Under the pieces are notes generated by a model. It saw only the letters and a program-made list of their open reading frames with translations. It had not been told where the DNA came from and did not search any database. This document shows, one piece after another, positions 18,769 to 29,910 of a stretch of 64,000 bases of DNA. Made by a program: the position numbers and the translations under genes. The DNA comes from Flavobacteriales bacterium (GTDB lineage Bacteria; Bacteroidota; Bacteroidia; UBA4408), in NCBI GenBank assembly GCA_040374085.1, contig JBEIVB010000003.1, forward strand, positions 2,868 to 66,867. Direction: 5' to 3'. Every line of letters starts with the position of its first letter. Positions within the stretch are counted from its first letter, which is position 1.

Positions 18769-19529
18769 ATGTTCAGAGGCTCTCCAAGCTCGGCCTTAAT
18801 CCAATCGTAGCCTTTCTCCTCAAGCTCCAACGCCAATTCCTTGGTGCCGGTTTTTACTATTTTACCTTTATATAATACATGCACCACATCAGGCACAATG
18901 TAGTCGAGCAAACGCTGGTAGTGGGTAATGACCACAAACGCATTGTCTGGTCGGCGCAGCTTGTTTACCCCGTTGGCCACGATGCGTAGGGCATCGATGT
19001 CGAGGCCGGAGTCGGTTTCATCCAATATGGCCAAGGTTGGCTCAAGCATGGCCATTTGAAAAATCTCGTTGCGTTTCTTCTCTCCTCCGCTGAACCCCTC
19101 ATTTACGCTGCGATTGGCCAATTTCCCGTCGAGCTCAACCAAAGCCTGCTTTTCTTTTAGCATAGAAAGAAACGTGCGAGGCTCAATGGGACCTAACCCT
19201 TTGTGGGCACGAATTTCATTCAACGCAGTTTTTAAAAAGTTGATGTTGCTCACACCCGGAATCTCCACTGGGTATTGGAAAGCCAGAAAAAGGCCTTCGC
19301 GAGCCCGAACCTCAGGGTCCAACTCCAACAGGTTATGGCCGTTGAACTGCACGGTACCCTCGGTTACTTCATATTCGTTGCGCCCACTGAGCACAGCGGA
19401 GAGGGTGCTCTTGCCTGAGCCGTTGGGGCCCATGATGGCATGAACCTCACCGGGTTTTACCGTAAGGTTGATGCCTTTCAGGATTTCTTTGTCGCCTACG
19501 GAGGCTTTTAAATTGCGTATTTCTAACAT
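18765..19529 (-). CDS. sufC: Fe-S cluster assembly ATPase SufC
   Basis: GPNGSGKST, AFQYPVEIPGV, FSGGEKKRNE, LDETDSGLDIDAL. Confidence 0.99.
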   Translation of the reverse strand: MLEIRNLKASVGDKEILKGINLTVKPGEVHAIMGPNGSGKSTLSAVLSGRNEYEVTEGTVQFNGHNLLELDPEVRAREGLFLAFQYPVEIPGVSNINFLKTALNEIRAHKGLGPIEPRTFLSMLKEKQALVELDGKLANRSVNEGFSGGEKKRNEIFQMAMLEPTLAILDETDSGLDIDALRIVANGVNKLRRPDNAFVVITHYQRLLDYIVPDVVHVLYKGKIVKTGTKELALELEEKGYDWIKAELGEPLNI

Positions 19530-19556
19530 GGTGATGGTGTCAAAAAAATGGGAGCA

Positions 19557-20990
19557 TCAACCCACCGAGCCTTCCAAGCTGACGGAGAGAAGTTTCTGAG
19601 CTTCTACGGCAAACTCCATCGGAAGATGATCGAAAACGTCTTTGCAATATCCGTTCACGATTAGCCCAATGGCTTTATCGGTATCAATACCACGCTGTTT
19701 GCAGTAAAATATCTGGTCTTCGCCCACTTTAGAGGTGGTGGCCTCGTGCTCTACAATGGCAGTGGGGTTGCTTATTTCGATGTAAGGAAAGGTATGTGCG
19801 CCGCAGCGATCGCCCATGAGCAGACTGTCGCACTGACTGAAGTTGCGGGCATGATCTGCGCCCCGGTGCATTTTTACCAAGCCCCGGTAGCTGTTGTTGC
19901 TTACCCCGCAAGAGATGCCCTTCGAAACAATGGTGGAACGCGAGTGGCGACCCAAATGAATCATTTTGGTTCCGGTATCGGCCTGCTGAAAGTGGTTGGT
20001 TACCGCAACCGAGAAAAACTCTCCTACGGAATAATCTCCTTTTAATATAACACTGGGGTATTTCCAGGTAACGGCAGAGCCGGTCTCCACTTGTGTCCAC
20101 GATATTTTGCTTCGGTCGCCCAGGCAAATGCCGCGCTTGGTTACAAAGTTGAAGATGCCGCCTTTCCCATCTTTATCTCCGGGATACCAATTTTGTACGG
20201 TGCTGTATTTTACCTCTGCATCGCGGTGGGCAACAATTTCCACCACTGCAGCATGCAATTGGTTTTCGTCGCGCATGGGGGCAGTGCAACCCTCTAGGTA
20301 ACTCACATAGGATTCCTCATCGGCTATGATAAGGGTACGCTCAAATTGTCCCGTGCCTGCACTGTTGATGCGAAAGTACGTAGAGAGCTCCATGGGGCAA
20401 CGCACGCCTTTGGGGATGTAGCAAAACGAGCCATCGGTGAAGACAGCCGAGTTGAGGGCTGCATAAAAATTGTCGTGCGCCGGAACCACGGTTCCCATAT
20501 AGCGACGTACCAGCTCCGGATGCTCTTGCACCGCATCTCCAAAGCTGCAAAAGATGATGCCCAGCTCGGCAAGCTTCTCCTTGAAAGAGGTCTTCACCGA
20601 AACGGAATCCATCACAAAGTCAACCGCAACGCCGCTCAGGCGCTTCTGCTCTTCCAGGGATATGCCCAACTTCTCAAACGTCTTCAATATCTCTGGATCT
20701 ACCTCATCGAGGCTGTTGAGCTGTTTCTTTTGCTTGGGTGCTGAGTAGTAAATGATGTCTTGAAAGTTGGGCCTAGCATACTGCACATGAGCCCAGTTAG
20801 GCTCTTGCATGCCACACCAAAAACGGAAGGCTTCCAGTCGAAAATCCAACAACCATTGCGGCTCGTTTTTCTTGGCCGATATAAAACGAATTATGTCTTC
20901 GTTGAGACCTTTGGGAGCCTGATCTGCCTCAATGTCGGTTACGAAACCGTATTTATAATCGCTGTTGGTAATTTCCTCAATGATCTCCAT
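19557..20990 (-). CDS. sufB: Fe-S cluster assembly protein SufB
   Basis: [40 protein letters not shown]. Confidence 0.99.
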   Translation of the reverse strand: MEIIEEITNSDYKYGFVTDIEADQAPKGLNEDIIRFISAKKNEPQWLLDFRLEAFRFWCGMQEPNWAHVQYARPNFQDIIYYSAPKQKKQLNSLDEVDPEILKTFEKLGISLEEQKRLSGVAVDFVMDSVSVKTSFKEKLAELGIIFCSFGDAVQEHPELVRRYMGTVVPAHDNFYAALNSAVFTDGSFCYIPKGVRCPMELSTYFRINSAGTGQFERTLIIADEESYVSYLEGCTAPMRDENQLHAAVVEIVAHRDAEVKYSTVQNWYPGDKDGKGGIFNFVTKRGICLGDRSKISWTQVETGSAVTWKYPSVILKGDYSVGEFFSVAVTNHFQQADTGTKMIHLGRHSRSTIVSKGISCGVSNNSYRGLVKMHRGADHARNFSQCDSLLMGDRCGAHTFPYIEISNPTAIVEHEATTSKVGEDQIFYCKQRGIDTDKAIGLIVNGYCKDVFDHLPMEFAVEAQKLLSVSLEGSVG

Positions 20991-20998
20991 GACGCCTG

Positions 20999-21325
20999 TT
21001 ATACCGAAAAACTTTCACCGCATCCGCAAGTGCGGGATGCGTTTGGATTATGAAATGTAAATCCTTTCCCATTCAGCCCGCCGCTGAAGTCGAGCTCGGT
21101 GCCCACGAGGTAGAGAAAAGACTTTTTGTCTACGGCAATGCGAACCCCCTTGTCTTCGAAGACCTGGTCCCCTTCGCGCACCTGGGTGTCGAACTCCAAT
21201 TTATAAGATAGTCCGCTGCACCCTCCGCCCTCAACACCCACCCGGATGAAGCTGTCAACCGGTTTGTGCTCCTGAGCAAGGAGCGACTGAACTTGCGCTT
21301 TCGCCGACTCTGAAACGGTAATCAT
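20999..21325 (-). CDS. HesB/IscA/SufA A-type Fe-S carrier
   Basis: GGGCSGLSY and TCGCGESF motifs. Confidence 0.97.
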   Translation of the reverse strand: MITVSESAKAQVQSLLAQEHKPVDSFIRVGVEGGGCSGLSYKLEFDTQVREGDQVFEDKGVRIAVDKKSFLYLVGTELDFSGGLNGKGFTFHNPNASRTCGCGESFSV

Positions 21326-21341
21326 GATCCAAAAAAGGTTT

Positions 21342-21360
21342 ATTTAGACTGATTCTAAAT
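21342..21360. promoter_or_regulatory. Fur-like box ATTTAGACTGATTCTAAAT upstream of suf operon
   Basis: 7-5-7 inverted repeat between the -7 element and the first suf ATG. Confidence 0.7.
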
Positions 21361-21367
21361 TCTGCTG

Positions 21368-21375
21368 CAAAGGTA
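21368..21375 (-). promoter_or_regulatory. -7 promoter element (TACCTTTG) for suf operon
   Basis: TAnnTTTG on the minus strand upstream of ATG 21325. Confidence 0.65.
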
Positions 21376-21445
21376 GGCAGAATTTAGGCTTCCGAGGTTA
21401 TGAACAAGAAATTAACCCAAAAGTTTACGGAGATGCAAGGGTCAT

Positions 21446-22837
21446 CTAAGAAAGGATCTGAACCAAGGCGTTGGGGAAAAGACCCAGAGCCAATAAGCCT
21501 ACCAAACAGGTCCAAATGACGATGCGTTGTGCCATGGGCACAGCTACCGCTCCAAGCTCATCGCCGCCCTTTGCAAAGAGGGTTGCCATTAATCTAAGGT
21601 AATACCAAACGCCTACCAGAGAGGCCAGTACAGCCACCAACACCACCCAGATGTGTCCGCTGTGTATGGCGTTTACAAAGAGATAATACTTACCAAAGAA
21701 GCCGGCCATGGGTGGAATGCCGGCAAGGGAAAACAGGGCAATGCTGAGGCTCACCGCCAAAAAAGGATTCCGGCGAAACAAGCCGCGGAAAGCCTCTGCA
21801 TGATCGCTCTGGGTAGATTCCGAAACCAGATAGAGCACCGAAAAGGCCAAGACCCCACCCAAGCTGTAGGCCAAGGTGTAAAAGAGAATGGCATTTCCGT
21901 TGGCAGCTGAAGGCAAGCTTATGGAGAGTATGCCCAGCATCAAATACCCGGCGTGGGCTATGGAAGAATAGGCCAGCATGCGCTTCACATTCTCCTGAAC
22001 CAAAGCCGTGATGTTCCCAACCAACAGGGTAAGCACAGCAAGCACTTCGGCCAAGATGAGCCAAGTACCGCCCACTTGAGCAAAGCAGGTGTTGAAAAGA
22101 CGGAAGAAAGCAGCAAAAGCAGCGGTTTTCACCACGGTAGACATCAAAGCCGTTACCTGAGTTGGGGCACCGGTGTATACATCGGGCGCCCAAAAATGAA
22201 AGGGAACAGCCGAAACTTTAAAGGCCATAGCACAAAAGATGAGCACCACGCCCAAGTAAAACATAGGCGGATACTGGCCATTCATGGTTTTTACGTAATC
22301 GGCAATGGTGTGCACATGAAAGGCTCCGGTTACGCCGTAGACAAGGGCAATGCCCATAAGCAGAAAGCCGGTGGCAAAAGAACCCATGAGAAAGTATTTG
22401 AGGGCAGCTTCGTTGGAGTTGAGGCTGTTCTTGCGGCTTCCGGCCAATACATATAGGGGAATCGATAAGGTTTCTATACCCAAAAAGAGCATCACAAGGT
22501 TGCCATAGGATGCCATCATCATGGCCCCGGTAAGCGCAAAGGCACTCAAGGAAAGAGTATCGGTGATGTGGGTGTGCTCTTCAAAGTCTGCCCGAGAGCC
22601 AATGAGCCAAAGAAAGAAGGTGAAGCACATGACCAAGGTGAAGGCAATGGCCATGTTATCGAACACCAACATGTTGTTGAAGAAGTGGTGCGCCGGAGCA
22701 TTCCAGTCGTACACAGCAGAAGCCATGGCCCCAATAAGACCCAAAAGCATGAGGGGAAACACCCACTTGCGAAAGCGGAACACCTCTGAAAGCAGGGCGA
22801 TTACCCCTATGCCAGCAAGAAAAATTAGCGATTTCAT
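21446..22837 (-). CDS. nuoN: NADH-quinone oxidoreductase subunit N
   Basis: LGIETLSIPLYVL, NEAALKYF, FKVSAVPFHFWAPDVYTGAPT, KRMLAYSSIAHAGY, GIPPMAGFFGK. Confidence 0.96.
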   Translation of the reverse strand: MKSLIFLAGIGVIALLSEVFRFRKWVFPLMLLGLIGAMASAVYDWNAPAHHFFNNMLVFDNMAIAFTLVMCFTFFLWLIGSRADFEEHTHITDTLSLSAFALTGAMMMASYGNLVMLFLGIETLSIPLYVLAGSRKNSLNSNEAALKYFLMGSFATGFLLMGIALVYGVTGAFHVHTIADYVKTMNGQYPPMFYLGVVLIFCAMAFKVSAVPFHFWAPDVYTGAPTQVTALMSTVVKTAAFAAFFRLFNTCFAQVGGTWLILAEVLAVLTLLVGNITALVQENVKRMLAYSSIAHAGYLMLGILSISLPSAANGNAILFYTLAYSLGGVLAFSVLYLVSESTQSDHAEAFRGLFRRNPFLAVSLSIALFSLAGIPPMAGFFGKYYLFVNAIHSGHIWVVLVAVLASLVGVWYYLRLMATLFAKGGDELGAVAVPMAQRIVIWTCLVGLLALGLFPNALVQILS

Positions 22838-22916
22838 TTCCGATTCGGTGTTGGGTGGGGATTTGGTGATGTTAGGGTTTCAACCATGTGCCTATTGCGT
22901 TCTCTGTTTGAAGAAA

Positions 22917-24371
22917 TCAACGTGGGTGCACGAGGCTTAATAGCTGCTCTACCGCAGGTGCAGAAATATCGAGCAAGGGTTTTGGATACACTCCTAATGC
23001 TATAATAAGAGCTACCATAGGGTAGAGCACCAGACGCTCGTGGCTGCTGAGCTCGGCAAAAATACCGGTAGATTTTCCGGCCTCACCCAGCATGGTGCGC
23101 TGGTAGGCGCGCAGCATGTACACAGCACCCAGAACAACGGTGAGTCCGGCAACAGCAGTGGCTGCAGCGCTCCACTGGTAGAGTCCGGCCAACAGCAGAA
23201 ACTCACCCACAAAGCCGTTGGTGAGAGGCAGAGCCACCGCGCCGAGGGTTACCACCAGAAAGATGGCGGCAAATCCGGGCGCCTGGCTGCGCACGCCGCC
23301 CAAAGCAGAAAGCTCTCGGGTGCCGGTGCGCGCCTCGATGCGGTCTATGATGTAGAAGAGGCAGAAGACGCTGATGCCGTGACTCACCATCTGAAAGAGC
23401 GCTCCTTGAAAGGCCTGCACGTTGGCAGCCATAAGGCCCGCCGCCATAAGACCAACGTGTGAAATGGAAGAGTAGGCAATGAGGCGCTTAAAATCGGTTT
23501 GCACCAGGGCTATGCAGGCCCCATACACGATGCCCGTAACCGCTAGGCCGATGGCCAGAGCGCTCCACTGCGCTGCACCCAAAGGCACCACGGGCAACAG
23601 CCAGCGCATTACGCCATAGGTTCCCATCTTAAGCATAATGCCCGATAAAAGCATGGTACCTTGAACCGGGGCTTCGGTATAGGTATCGGGCTGCCAGGTG
23701 TGCAGGGGAAAGATGGGCATCTTAATGGCAAAGGCCAGAAAGAGCAGCCAAAAGACCCAGCTTTGTGTCTCTGCCGAAAGATGGCTGCCCGTGGCACACA
23801 AAACCTGGAGGTCGAAGCTGTGTGCACCCGGGGTGTGCAAATAAACCACCACCAATCCCACCAGCATCAACAAAGAGCCGGTGAGGGTGTACACAAAGAA
23901 CTTCAAAGGTGTGCGGGCGTTCTCTCCACTGCTCCACATCATAACAATGAACCAGATGGGCAACAGGGCCAGCTCCCAAAAGATGTAGAAAAGGAACCCA
24001 TCCTGAGCGGTGAACACCCCAACCAATGCGCTTTGCATGAGCAGGGTGAGCGCATAGAAGGATGAAGGACGAGCCGACTCAGCACCGGAGGATAGCAAAA
24101 TAAAAGGGACCAATAGGTTGGTAAGCAACACCAGCACGAGGCTGATGCCATCCATGCCCACATGAAAATGAATGCCCAAACTGGGAATCCACGGAAGGTC
24201 CAACACATACTTGGGAGCGGCCGGACTGCCTGCGGTAAAAACCAAAGCGAGGGTGATGAGCAACTGGAGGGCAGATACGCCCACTGCAAGGTTGCGGGAA
24301 CCGTTGCCCGGGATGGCAAACAAAAAAAGAGAGGCCACCAAAGGCAAGGCAATCAGCAGGGCAGTAAGCAT
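22917..24371 (-). CDS. nuoM: NADH-quinone oxidoreductase subunit M
   Basis: GMDGISL, FYIFWELALLP, IKMPIFPLHTWQPD, LLSGIMLKMG, KRLIAYSSISHVG, LPLTNGFVGEF. Confidence 0.96.
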   Translation of the reverse strand: MLTALLIALPLVASLFLFAIPGNGSRNLAVGVSALQLLITLALVFTAGSPAAPKYVLDLPWIPSLGIHFHVGMDGISLVLVLLTNLLVPFILLSSGAESARPSSFYALTLLMQSALVGVFTAQDGFLFYIFWELALLPIWFIVMMWSSGENARTPLKFFVYTLTGSLLMLVGLVVVYLHTPGAHSFDLQVLCATGSHLSAETQSWVFWLLFLAFAIKMPIFPLHTWQPDTYTEAPVQGTMLLSGIMLKMGTYGVMRWLLPVVPLGAAQWSALAIGLAVTGIVYGACIALVQTDFKRLIAYSSISHVGLMAAGLMAANVQAFQGALFQMVSHGISVFCLFYIIDRIEARTGTRELSALGGVRSQAPGFAAIFLVVTLGAVALPLTNGFVGEFLLLAGLYQWSAAATAVAGLTVVLGAVYMLRAYQRTMLGEAGKSTGIFAELSSHERLVLYPMVALIIALGVYPKPLLDISAPAVEQLLSLVHPR

Positions 24372-24456
24372 AGAGGCAGTTTGGTGTTCGGTTGTTGGCG
24401 GGCCAAAATTCGTGATTTATGCCTAATGTCCAAAGGAAACAGTAGGCGCAATGCGC

Positions 24457-25674
24457 TTAGGTGAGACGGAAATGTTCGGTGGCCATCTGCATGATCTCTC
24501 CACCTATGGCCAAAGAGGCTGTGGCTGCGGGCGATGGCGCGTTGAGGACATGCAGGGCGTTTCCACTTTTTTCCATTTTAAAATCATCAATCATCTCACC
24601 TTCCGGAGCAAGGGCCATGGCCCTAACCCCAGCACGCCCCGGCTCTATGTCGTCCATTTCCAGGCTGGGAATGAGCTTGTTGAGGCGCTTGAGAAAGAGG
24701 CGCTTAGAGAAGGCGCCTCGGTACTCATCGAGGCCAAAGCGCCAATGCTTGGCAAAGAATTTCCATGTGCCACCAAAAGAAAAAGCCTCGGCCGTATCGC
24801 GCAAGCTGAAGTCGGTTTTACCGTAACCCTCGCGCTTGAACACAAACACCGCATTGGGTCCACACTCCACACCACCCTGAATCATGCGGGTGAAGTGCAC
24901 GCCCAAAAAGGGAAATTTAGGGTTGGGAACGGGATAAATGAGGTGCTTGACTTTTTGCATGCCTTTTTCGGTGAGCTCATAATAATCGCCCCGAAAGCCC
25001 ACGATGGCGGCATCGGATGGAGTCCCTTCTTTCTTGGCTATGCGGTCGCTTTGAAGACCGGCGCAGGTGATGAGGTAGCGGGTTTGCACACTACCGCGGT
25101 TGGTGAGGATGCGTGTGCCCGAGTCGTTGCGCTCAAAGCCTTTGGCCTCCATCCCGCATTGCACCTTGCTTTGAGGGAAACGCTCCTGCAAGATGCGGGC
25201 ATACACGCGGGTAACTTCTGCATAGTCGATGATGCCGGTGCACCCCACGCGAATGGCCTGTATACCGGTGCAAAAAGGCTCTATGTCGCGAATGGCATCC
25301 GGGCCCACCAGCTCGATGCTCTCCACGCCGTTGGCTTGTCCGTTGCGAAACACTTTGTTCATGTGCTCGAGCTCGCTTGGATCGGTGGCTACAATGAGCT
25401 TTCCGCAGATGTCGTGAGGAATGCGGTGCTCACGGGCGAACTCCACCAGCTCCCTGCGACCTGCCACACATAAGCGGGCTTTGTAGGAACCGGGCTTGTA
25501 ATAGATGCCGCTGTGTATTACCCCAGAGTTATGGCCCGTTTGGTGCATGGCCACTTCTTGCTCCTTCTCCATCACCAAAATGCGGAGGTTTGGAAACCGG
25601 GTGTTGAGTTTCAGTGCAGAGGCAAGGCCTACTGCCCCACCGCCAACGATTACAAGATCATATGATGTTTCCAT
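24457..25674 (-). CDS. lhgO: L-2-hydroxyglutarate oxidase (FAD-dependent)
   Basis: GGGAVG, HQTGHNSGVIHSGIYYKPGSYKARLC, YPVPNPKFPFLGVHFT, APSPAATASL. Confidence 0.95.
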   Translation of the reverse strand: METSYDLVIVGGGAVGLASALKLNTRFPNLRILVMEKEQEVAMHQTGHNSGVIHSGIYYKPGSYKARLCVAGRRELVEFAREHRIPHDICGKLIVATDPSELEHMNKVFRNGQANGVESIELVGPDAIRDIEPFCTGIQAIRVGCTGIIDYAEVTRVYARILQERFPQSKVQCGMEAKGFERNDSGTRILTNRGSVQTRYLITCAGLQSDRIAKKEGTPSDAAIVGFRGDYYELTEKGMQKVKHLIYPVPNPKFPFLGVHFTRMIQGGVECGPNAVFVFKREGYGKTDFSLRDTAEAFSFGGTWKFFAKHWRFGLDEYRGAFSKRLFLKRLNKLIPSLEMDDIEPGRAGVRAMALAPEGEMIDDFKMEKSGNALHVLNAPSPAATASLAIGGEIMQMATEHFRLT

Positions 25675-25721
25675 TTTGATTGGGATTTACCGCGCCGCGA
25701 AAATACCCACAACCCCGATGC

Positions 25722-25752
25722 AAAAAAAACTCCCGGATGGAATTTCCGGGAG
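25722..25752 (-). terminator. Intrinsic terminator after tRNA-Leu
   Basis: 8-bp stem CTCCCGGA/TCCGGGAG with T8 tail on the minus strand. Confidence 0.85.
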
Positions 25753-25753
25753 C

Positions 25754-25839
25754 TGGTGCCGAAGGCGGGACTCGAACCCGCACGGATGTGATCCACACGC
25801 CCCTGAAACGTGCGCGTATACCAATTTCGCCACTTCGGC
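25754..25839 (-). tRNA. tRNA-Leu (anticodon CAG), CCA encoded
   Basis: GCCGAAG/CTTCGGC acceptor, loop TTCAGGG, long variable arm, GGTTCGAGTCC; TATTTTTG box at 25848-25855. Confidence 0.97.
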
Positions 25840-25980
25840 AGGGGGCGCAAAAATACACAAGCCTTTGGTTTGGGCAACGGAAGCAACAGGAAATTCAGCC
25901 CTCATGCAGGAAAGGAGAAAACCATTTGAGGCTTTTGGAGTTGTATTGGCATCTTTGCGCCCCTAATAAAGAAATGGTGT

Positions 25981-27276
25981 ATGCTGGCTCGTCCAACCTC
26001 TGAACGCTTGTTTTCCGAAGCTCAATCGTATTTCCCCGGTGGGGTTAACTCCCCTGTGCGGGCCTTCCGTTCGGTAGGCGGAACACCGCTCTTTATTGAG
26101 CGGGGCGAAGGCTGCCACATTTGGGATGCCGATGGACATCGGTTTCTCGATTTCTGTGGGAGTTGGGGCCCACTTATTTTAGGGCATGCGCATCCTGCAG
26201 TGGTATCCGCCATCACAGAAGCAGCCGCCTTGGGCACCTCGTTTGGCGCACCCACACGGAAAGAGAACGCCTTGGCCAAGCTCATACTCGACAACCACCC
26301 TTATCTGGACCGCATTCGCTTTGTGAGCTCCGGAACCGAGGCGGTGATGTCGGCCATACGCCTTGCACGCGGTGCAAGCGGGAAAAACCGCATCCTGAAA
26401 TTCGAAGGCTGCTATCACGGACATGTAGACAGCCTTTTGGTGAAGGCAGGCTCGGGCCTGATAACCTTCGGCACATCCAGCTCGGCCGGCGTGCCACCGG
26501 GCGTGGCGGCCGATATGCTGGTGGTGCCCCTCAACAACACCGAAGCATTGGATGAAGCATTGCGTCTGTATGCACACGAGCTGGCTGCGGTGATCATTGA
26601 GCCGGTTCCCGCCAACAACGGTCTGCTGGTGCAAACACCGGAATTCATGCATCACCTGCGGGCAAAATGCACCGAACATGGGGTGCTCTTGATATTCGAT
26701 GAAGTGATAAACGGATTTAGAATTGGATTTGCAGGGGCTGCAGGTTATTATAATATTAAAGCGGATTTATTCTGCTACGGTAAAATCATTGGAGGTGGAT
26801 TGCCGGTGGGTATGTATGGCGGCAGGGCCGACCTAATGGCCCACATAGCACCCCAAGGCCCCGTTTACCAGGCCGGTACACTCAGCGGAAATCCAATGGC
26901 TATGGCGGCAGGCCTCGCTCAGCTCAGCCAATGCCTACAACCTGGGTTTTATGAAGGCCTTAACCAAGCAACCCAAACTCTTTGCGACCGCGTAAATTCC
27001 TATTCAAAACAAAAAGGTTATAGCATGTTTATGCACCGCATGGCATCCATTTTTTGGGTAGCTTTTTCGGGCTCAGAGCCCGTGCGCAGTGCAGATGCCA
27101 TAGATCCGCACAGCATGAACCGCTTTCGGGTATTTCATGCCGATTTGTTGGAGCGGGGCATCTACTTAGGCCCCAGTGGATATGAGGTTGGGTTTGTATC
27201 GGCAGCGCACACTCCCGAAGATTTGGATTGGGCAGCACACGCATTCTGCGCAGCGGCAGACAAGGCCTGCGTCTAA
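25981..27276 (+). CDS. hemL: Glutamate-1-semialdehyde 2,1-aminomutase
   Basis: PGGVNSPVRAF, SWGPLILGH, SSGTEA, FEGCYHGH, GKIIGGGLPVG, AGTLSGNP. Confidence 0.99.
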   Translation: MLARPTSERLFSEAQSYFPGGVNSPVRAFRSVGGTPLFIERGEGCHIWDADGHRFLDFCGSWGPLILGHAHPAVVSAITEAAALGTSFGAPTRKENALAKLILDNHPYLDRIRFVSSGTEAVMSAIRLARGASGKNRILKFEGCYHGHVDSLLVKAGSGLITFGTSSSAGVPPGVAADMLVVPLNNTEALDEALRLYAHELAAVIIEPVPANNGLLVQTPEFMHHLRAKCTEHGVLLIFDEVINGFRIGFAGAAGYYNIKADLFCYGKIIGGGLPVGMYGGRADLMAHIAPQGPVYQAGTLSGNPMAMAAGLAQLSQCLQPGFYEGLNQATQTLCDRVNSYSKQKGYSMFMHRMASIFWVAFSGSEPVRSADAIDPHSMNRFRVFHADLLERGIYLGPSGYEVGFVSAAHTPEDLDWAAHAFCAAADKACV

Positions 27277-28856
27277 AGATCGGTATAGGAATTCCACAAA
27301 TTGGTGCGGAAACCAAGCATATAGTTGCTTTCCCGGCGATCTGTCGGACCCTGTTGGTTGCGGAAGAGCAGCTGAAGAAACAACTCCATTCGGCTGTATT
27401 GATTTATGGTGTAGCCCAATGTAAATAGCGTGTTGCTAACAGAAAGTCGAGCCCCTCGATTCTGCTCCAAACGACTATCCCATCCCGGCTTATCGGAGGC
27501 AAGAACCTTAGATCCGGAAACAAAGCCCAAAGAGTCAACCCCTTGTGTATACGACACCAGGTGAACGCGAAAAAAAATGCACTTCCATCGATAATCGCCC
27601 GCCGCCACCCATTCGGTGAAGTTTGCGCCCAAAGGGTGGGCCAGGCTTTGATTGTAGTGGGTAAAGTTTTGTTCGGGGTTGGAGCTCGAATACGAAAAAG
27701 GACTTACCTGGTTTCGTTCTACCACCAGCATTAAATTGGGTATATTAAATGCATTATAATATCGTGCGCCCAGTTGCGTACCCGTCTTCCGCCCTATTCG
27801 AGCACCCGAAATGGGCAGTGCATCGAGCATGAATTGACCATAGAGCCATAACTGCGGATTGAGTTTTACCATGGCCTGTGCACCCAACAAAACATTGTTT
27901 ATACCCTCCAAGCCATATTGCGCTGCAGCCCATCCGGGAACGGGGTTTATGGCGTTCCAATTGAAATACGGATGCTGTGCACTGGCTGCCCTCCATATCA
28001 CGCCCTGAAAGAGAGATGCGTTGAGCCACGGCAAGAGACGCACATCCAATACCTGAAACGTGGCGTTCTTTTTTTGAAAGATGGGTTCGCTGTTGGGATT
28101 GAAGGTGATGGGGCGATTGAGGTTCATCAGGCTGGCAACGGTTACCTGGTAGCTCAACCATTTGTTTTTCAAACATAGGCGCACATGCGGGTAGTTGAAG
28201 GCATTGTCGCTAAGCAACAAGGATCGATAACCATGTCCAACAAAGAGTTTGCCATGGCCCATCTGAACCGCCAACCATGAACGGGGCTGAAAAAGCAATG
28301 TGCCCGAAGAGAAGGCAAAGTCGTAACCTGTATCCTTAAACCCCTTGGTGCGTCCCATGCCGGGATAGATGCGCAAAGGTTTTATGATTGTATCTAAATA
28401 CCCTGGCGCCAGCACCTGATTTTCGAGGAAGGTCGTTTCAAAAGCGAAGCCCTTACCAATCCAGCCTTTGACCCAAAAACCCCGGGAGTTCTGCCGCACA
28501 TCGATTGCCTCTTTATTATAATACTCGCTGCCAAAGGCAAGGTTTAATAAGGGGTCAACGGAAATACCAAAAGTTCCGGGGTTTGAAATGCGCACTAAGC
28601 TGTTGCGGGTAAAGCCTTGCTCCAGTCGGTTGGCAGAAGTATCAAAAACGGTTTGCTCGTAGATGCTGTCGCGGATGCCCTGGGTCATGAATGGAATAAA
28701 AGGACCGGGTGCAACCGCATCATTCGACAAAAGACTGTCTCGGCTGATGGCCCACTCCATACGCAACCGTTGGCGATACTCCAGGGGAAACGATATGGGC
28801 TGAGCTTGAACTAAGCCGCATAAGAAGAAGCATATGACCCAAAAAACGGGTTTCAT
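27273..28856 (-). CDS. RemB-like / Wzi-like outer membrane protein
   Basis: Signal peptide ending VQA-Q; [41 protein letters not shown] recalled from Bacteroidota RemB-like proteins. Start at ATGA overlap with fcl. Confidence 0.7.
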   Translation of the reverse strand: MKPVFWVICFFLCGLVQAQPISFPLEYRQRLRMEWAISRDSLLSNDAVAPGPFIPFMTQGIRDSIYEQTVFDTSANRLEQGFTRNSLVRISNPGTFGISVDPLLNLAFGSEYYNKEAIDVRQNSRGFWVKGWIGKGFAFETTFLENQVLAPGYLDTIIKPLRIYPGMGRTKGFKDTGYDFAFSSGTLLFQPRSWLAVQMGHGKLFVGHGYRSLLLSDNAFNYPHVRLCLKNKWLSYQVTVASLMNLNRPITFNPNSEPIFQKKNATFQVLDVRLLPWLNASLFQGVIWRAASAQHPYFNWNAINPVPGWAAAQYGLEGINNVLLGAQAMVKLNPQLWLYGQFMLDALPISGARIGRKTGTQLGARYYNAFNIPNLMLVVERNQVSPFSYSSSNPEQNFTHYNQSLAHPLGANFTEWVAAGDYRWKCIFFRVHLVSYTQGVDSLGFVSGSKVLASDKPGWDSRLEQNRGARLSVSNTLFTLGYTINQYSRMELFLQLLFRNQQGPTDRRESNYMLGFRTNLWNSYTDL

Positions 28857-29797
28857 GCCCAAACGCCTTCCTGAACCACCGATGCGTAAACAGAGGCAAT
28901 GCCTTCCTCAAGCCCGATGCGGCTGGTCCAGCCCAAGCCGGCCAGCTTACTCACATCCATAAGCTTGCGAGGGGTTCCATCGGGCTTTTCTGTATTGAAA
29001 CGAACTCGGCCCTCAAAGCCCACAATGCCCCGAATGATTTCTGCCAACTCAGCAATGGACACATCGGTGCCCGAGCCAATGTTCACCAGCTCTTCCTCGT
29101 TATACCCTTGCATAAGATAAACGCATGCATCGGCCAAATCGTCAACATGCAAAAACTCGCGCCGTGGGGTTCCGGTGCCCCATACCTCCACCTCTTTGTT
29201 GCCCTCTACTTTTGCAGAGTGGAACTTGCGCAACAAGGCAGGCAACACGTGCGACTGCTGAAGATCGTAGTTGTCGTTTGGACCGTACAGATTGGTGGGC
29301 ATCACCGAAACAAAATTGCACCCGTATTGACGGCGATACGATTCGCACAGCTTAATGCCGGCAATCTTGGCAATGGCGTATGGTTCATTGGTAGGCTCCA
29401 GTGGACCTGTTAGCAGGTAACTTTCTTTGAGTGGCTGAGGCGCCATCTTTGGATAGATGCACGACGACCCAAGAAACATCAGCTTTGTAACCCCGTTTCG
29501 GTACGCTGCGTGAATCACGTTCGCCTCCATCATGAGGTTCTCGTATAGAAAATCAGCTCGGTACACATTGTTGGCGTGTATGCCGCCTACCTTAGCGGCA
29601 GCTAAGAAAACGAAGGCCGGCTTCTCCTCCGCAAAAAAGGACTCAACGGCTGCTTGGCTCCGGAGGTCAAGCTCAGAAGAGGTTTTGAGCACCAGGTTTT
29701 GAAAACCGGCAGCCCTCAGGTTGCGCACCAGTGCCGAGCCCACCATGCCCCGGTGACCGGCAACGAAAATCTTATCGCCCGCATGCATCATACCCAT
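28853..29797 (-). CDS. fcl: GDP-L-fucose synthase
   Basis: [46 protein letters not shown]. Start one of several ATGs near 29788-29797. Confidence 0.97.
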   Translation of the reverse strand: MGMMHAGDKIFVAGHRGMVGSALVRNLRAAGFQNLVLKTSSELDLRSQAAVESFFAEEKPAFVFLAAAKVGGIHANNVYRADFLYENLMMEANVIHAAYRNGVTKLMFLGSSCIYPKMAPQPLKESYLLTGPLEPTNEPYAIAKIAGIKLCESYRRQYGCNFVSVMPTNLYGPNDNYDLQQSHVLPALLRKFHSAKVEGNKEVEVWGTGTPRREFLHVDDLADACVYLMQGYNEEELVNIGSGTDVSIAELAEIIRGIVGFEGRVRFNTEKPDGTPRKLMDVSKLAGLGWTSRIGLEEGIASVYASVVQEGVWA

Positions 29798-29910
29798 AGG
29801 TTTAAAAATAGCGTTCAAAGGTAAAGGAATGCCCGGGCAATGCCAACCTTCTGTTTTGGATAAACTTATGGGGCGATGTTTCCGTAGAGGATCACAAAGG
29901 CACCTTGACT

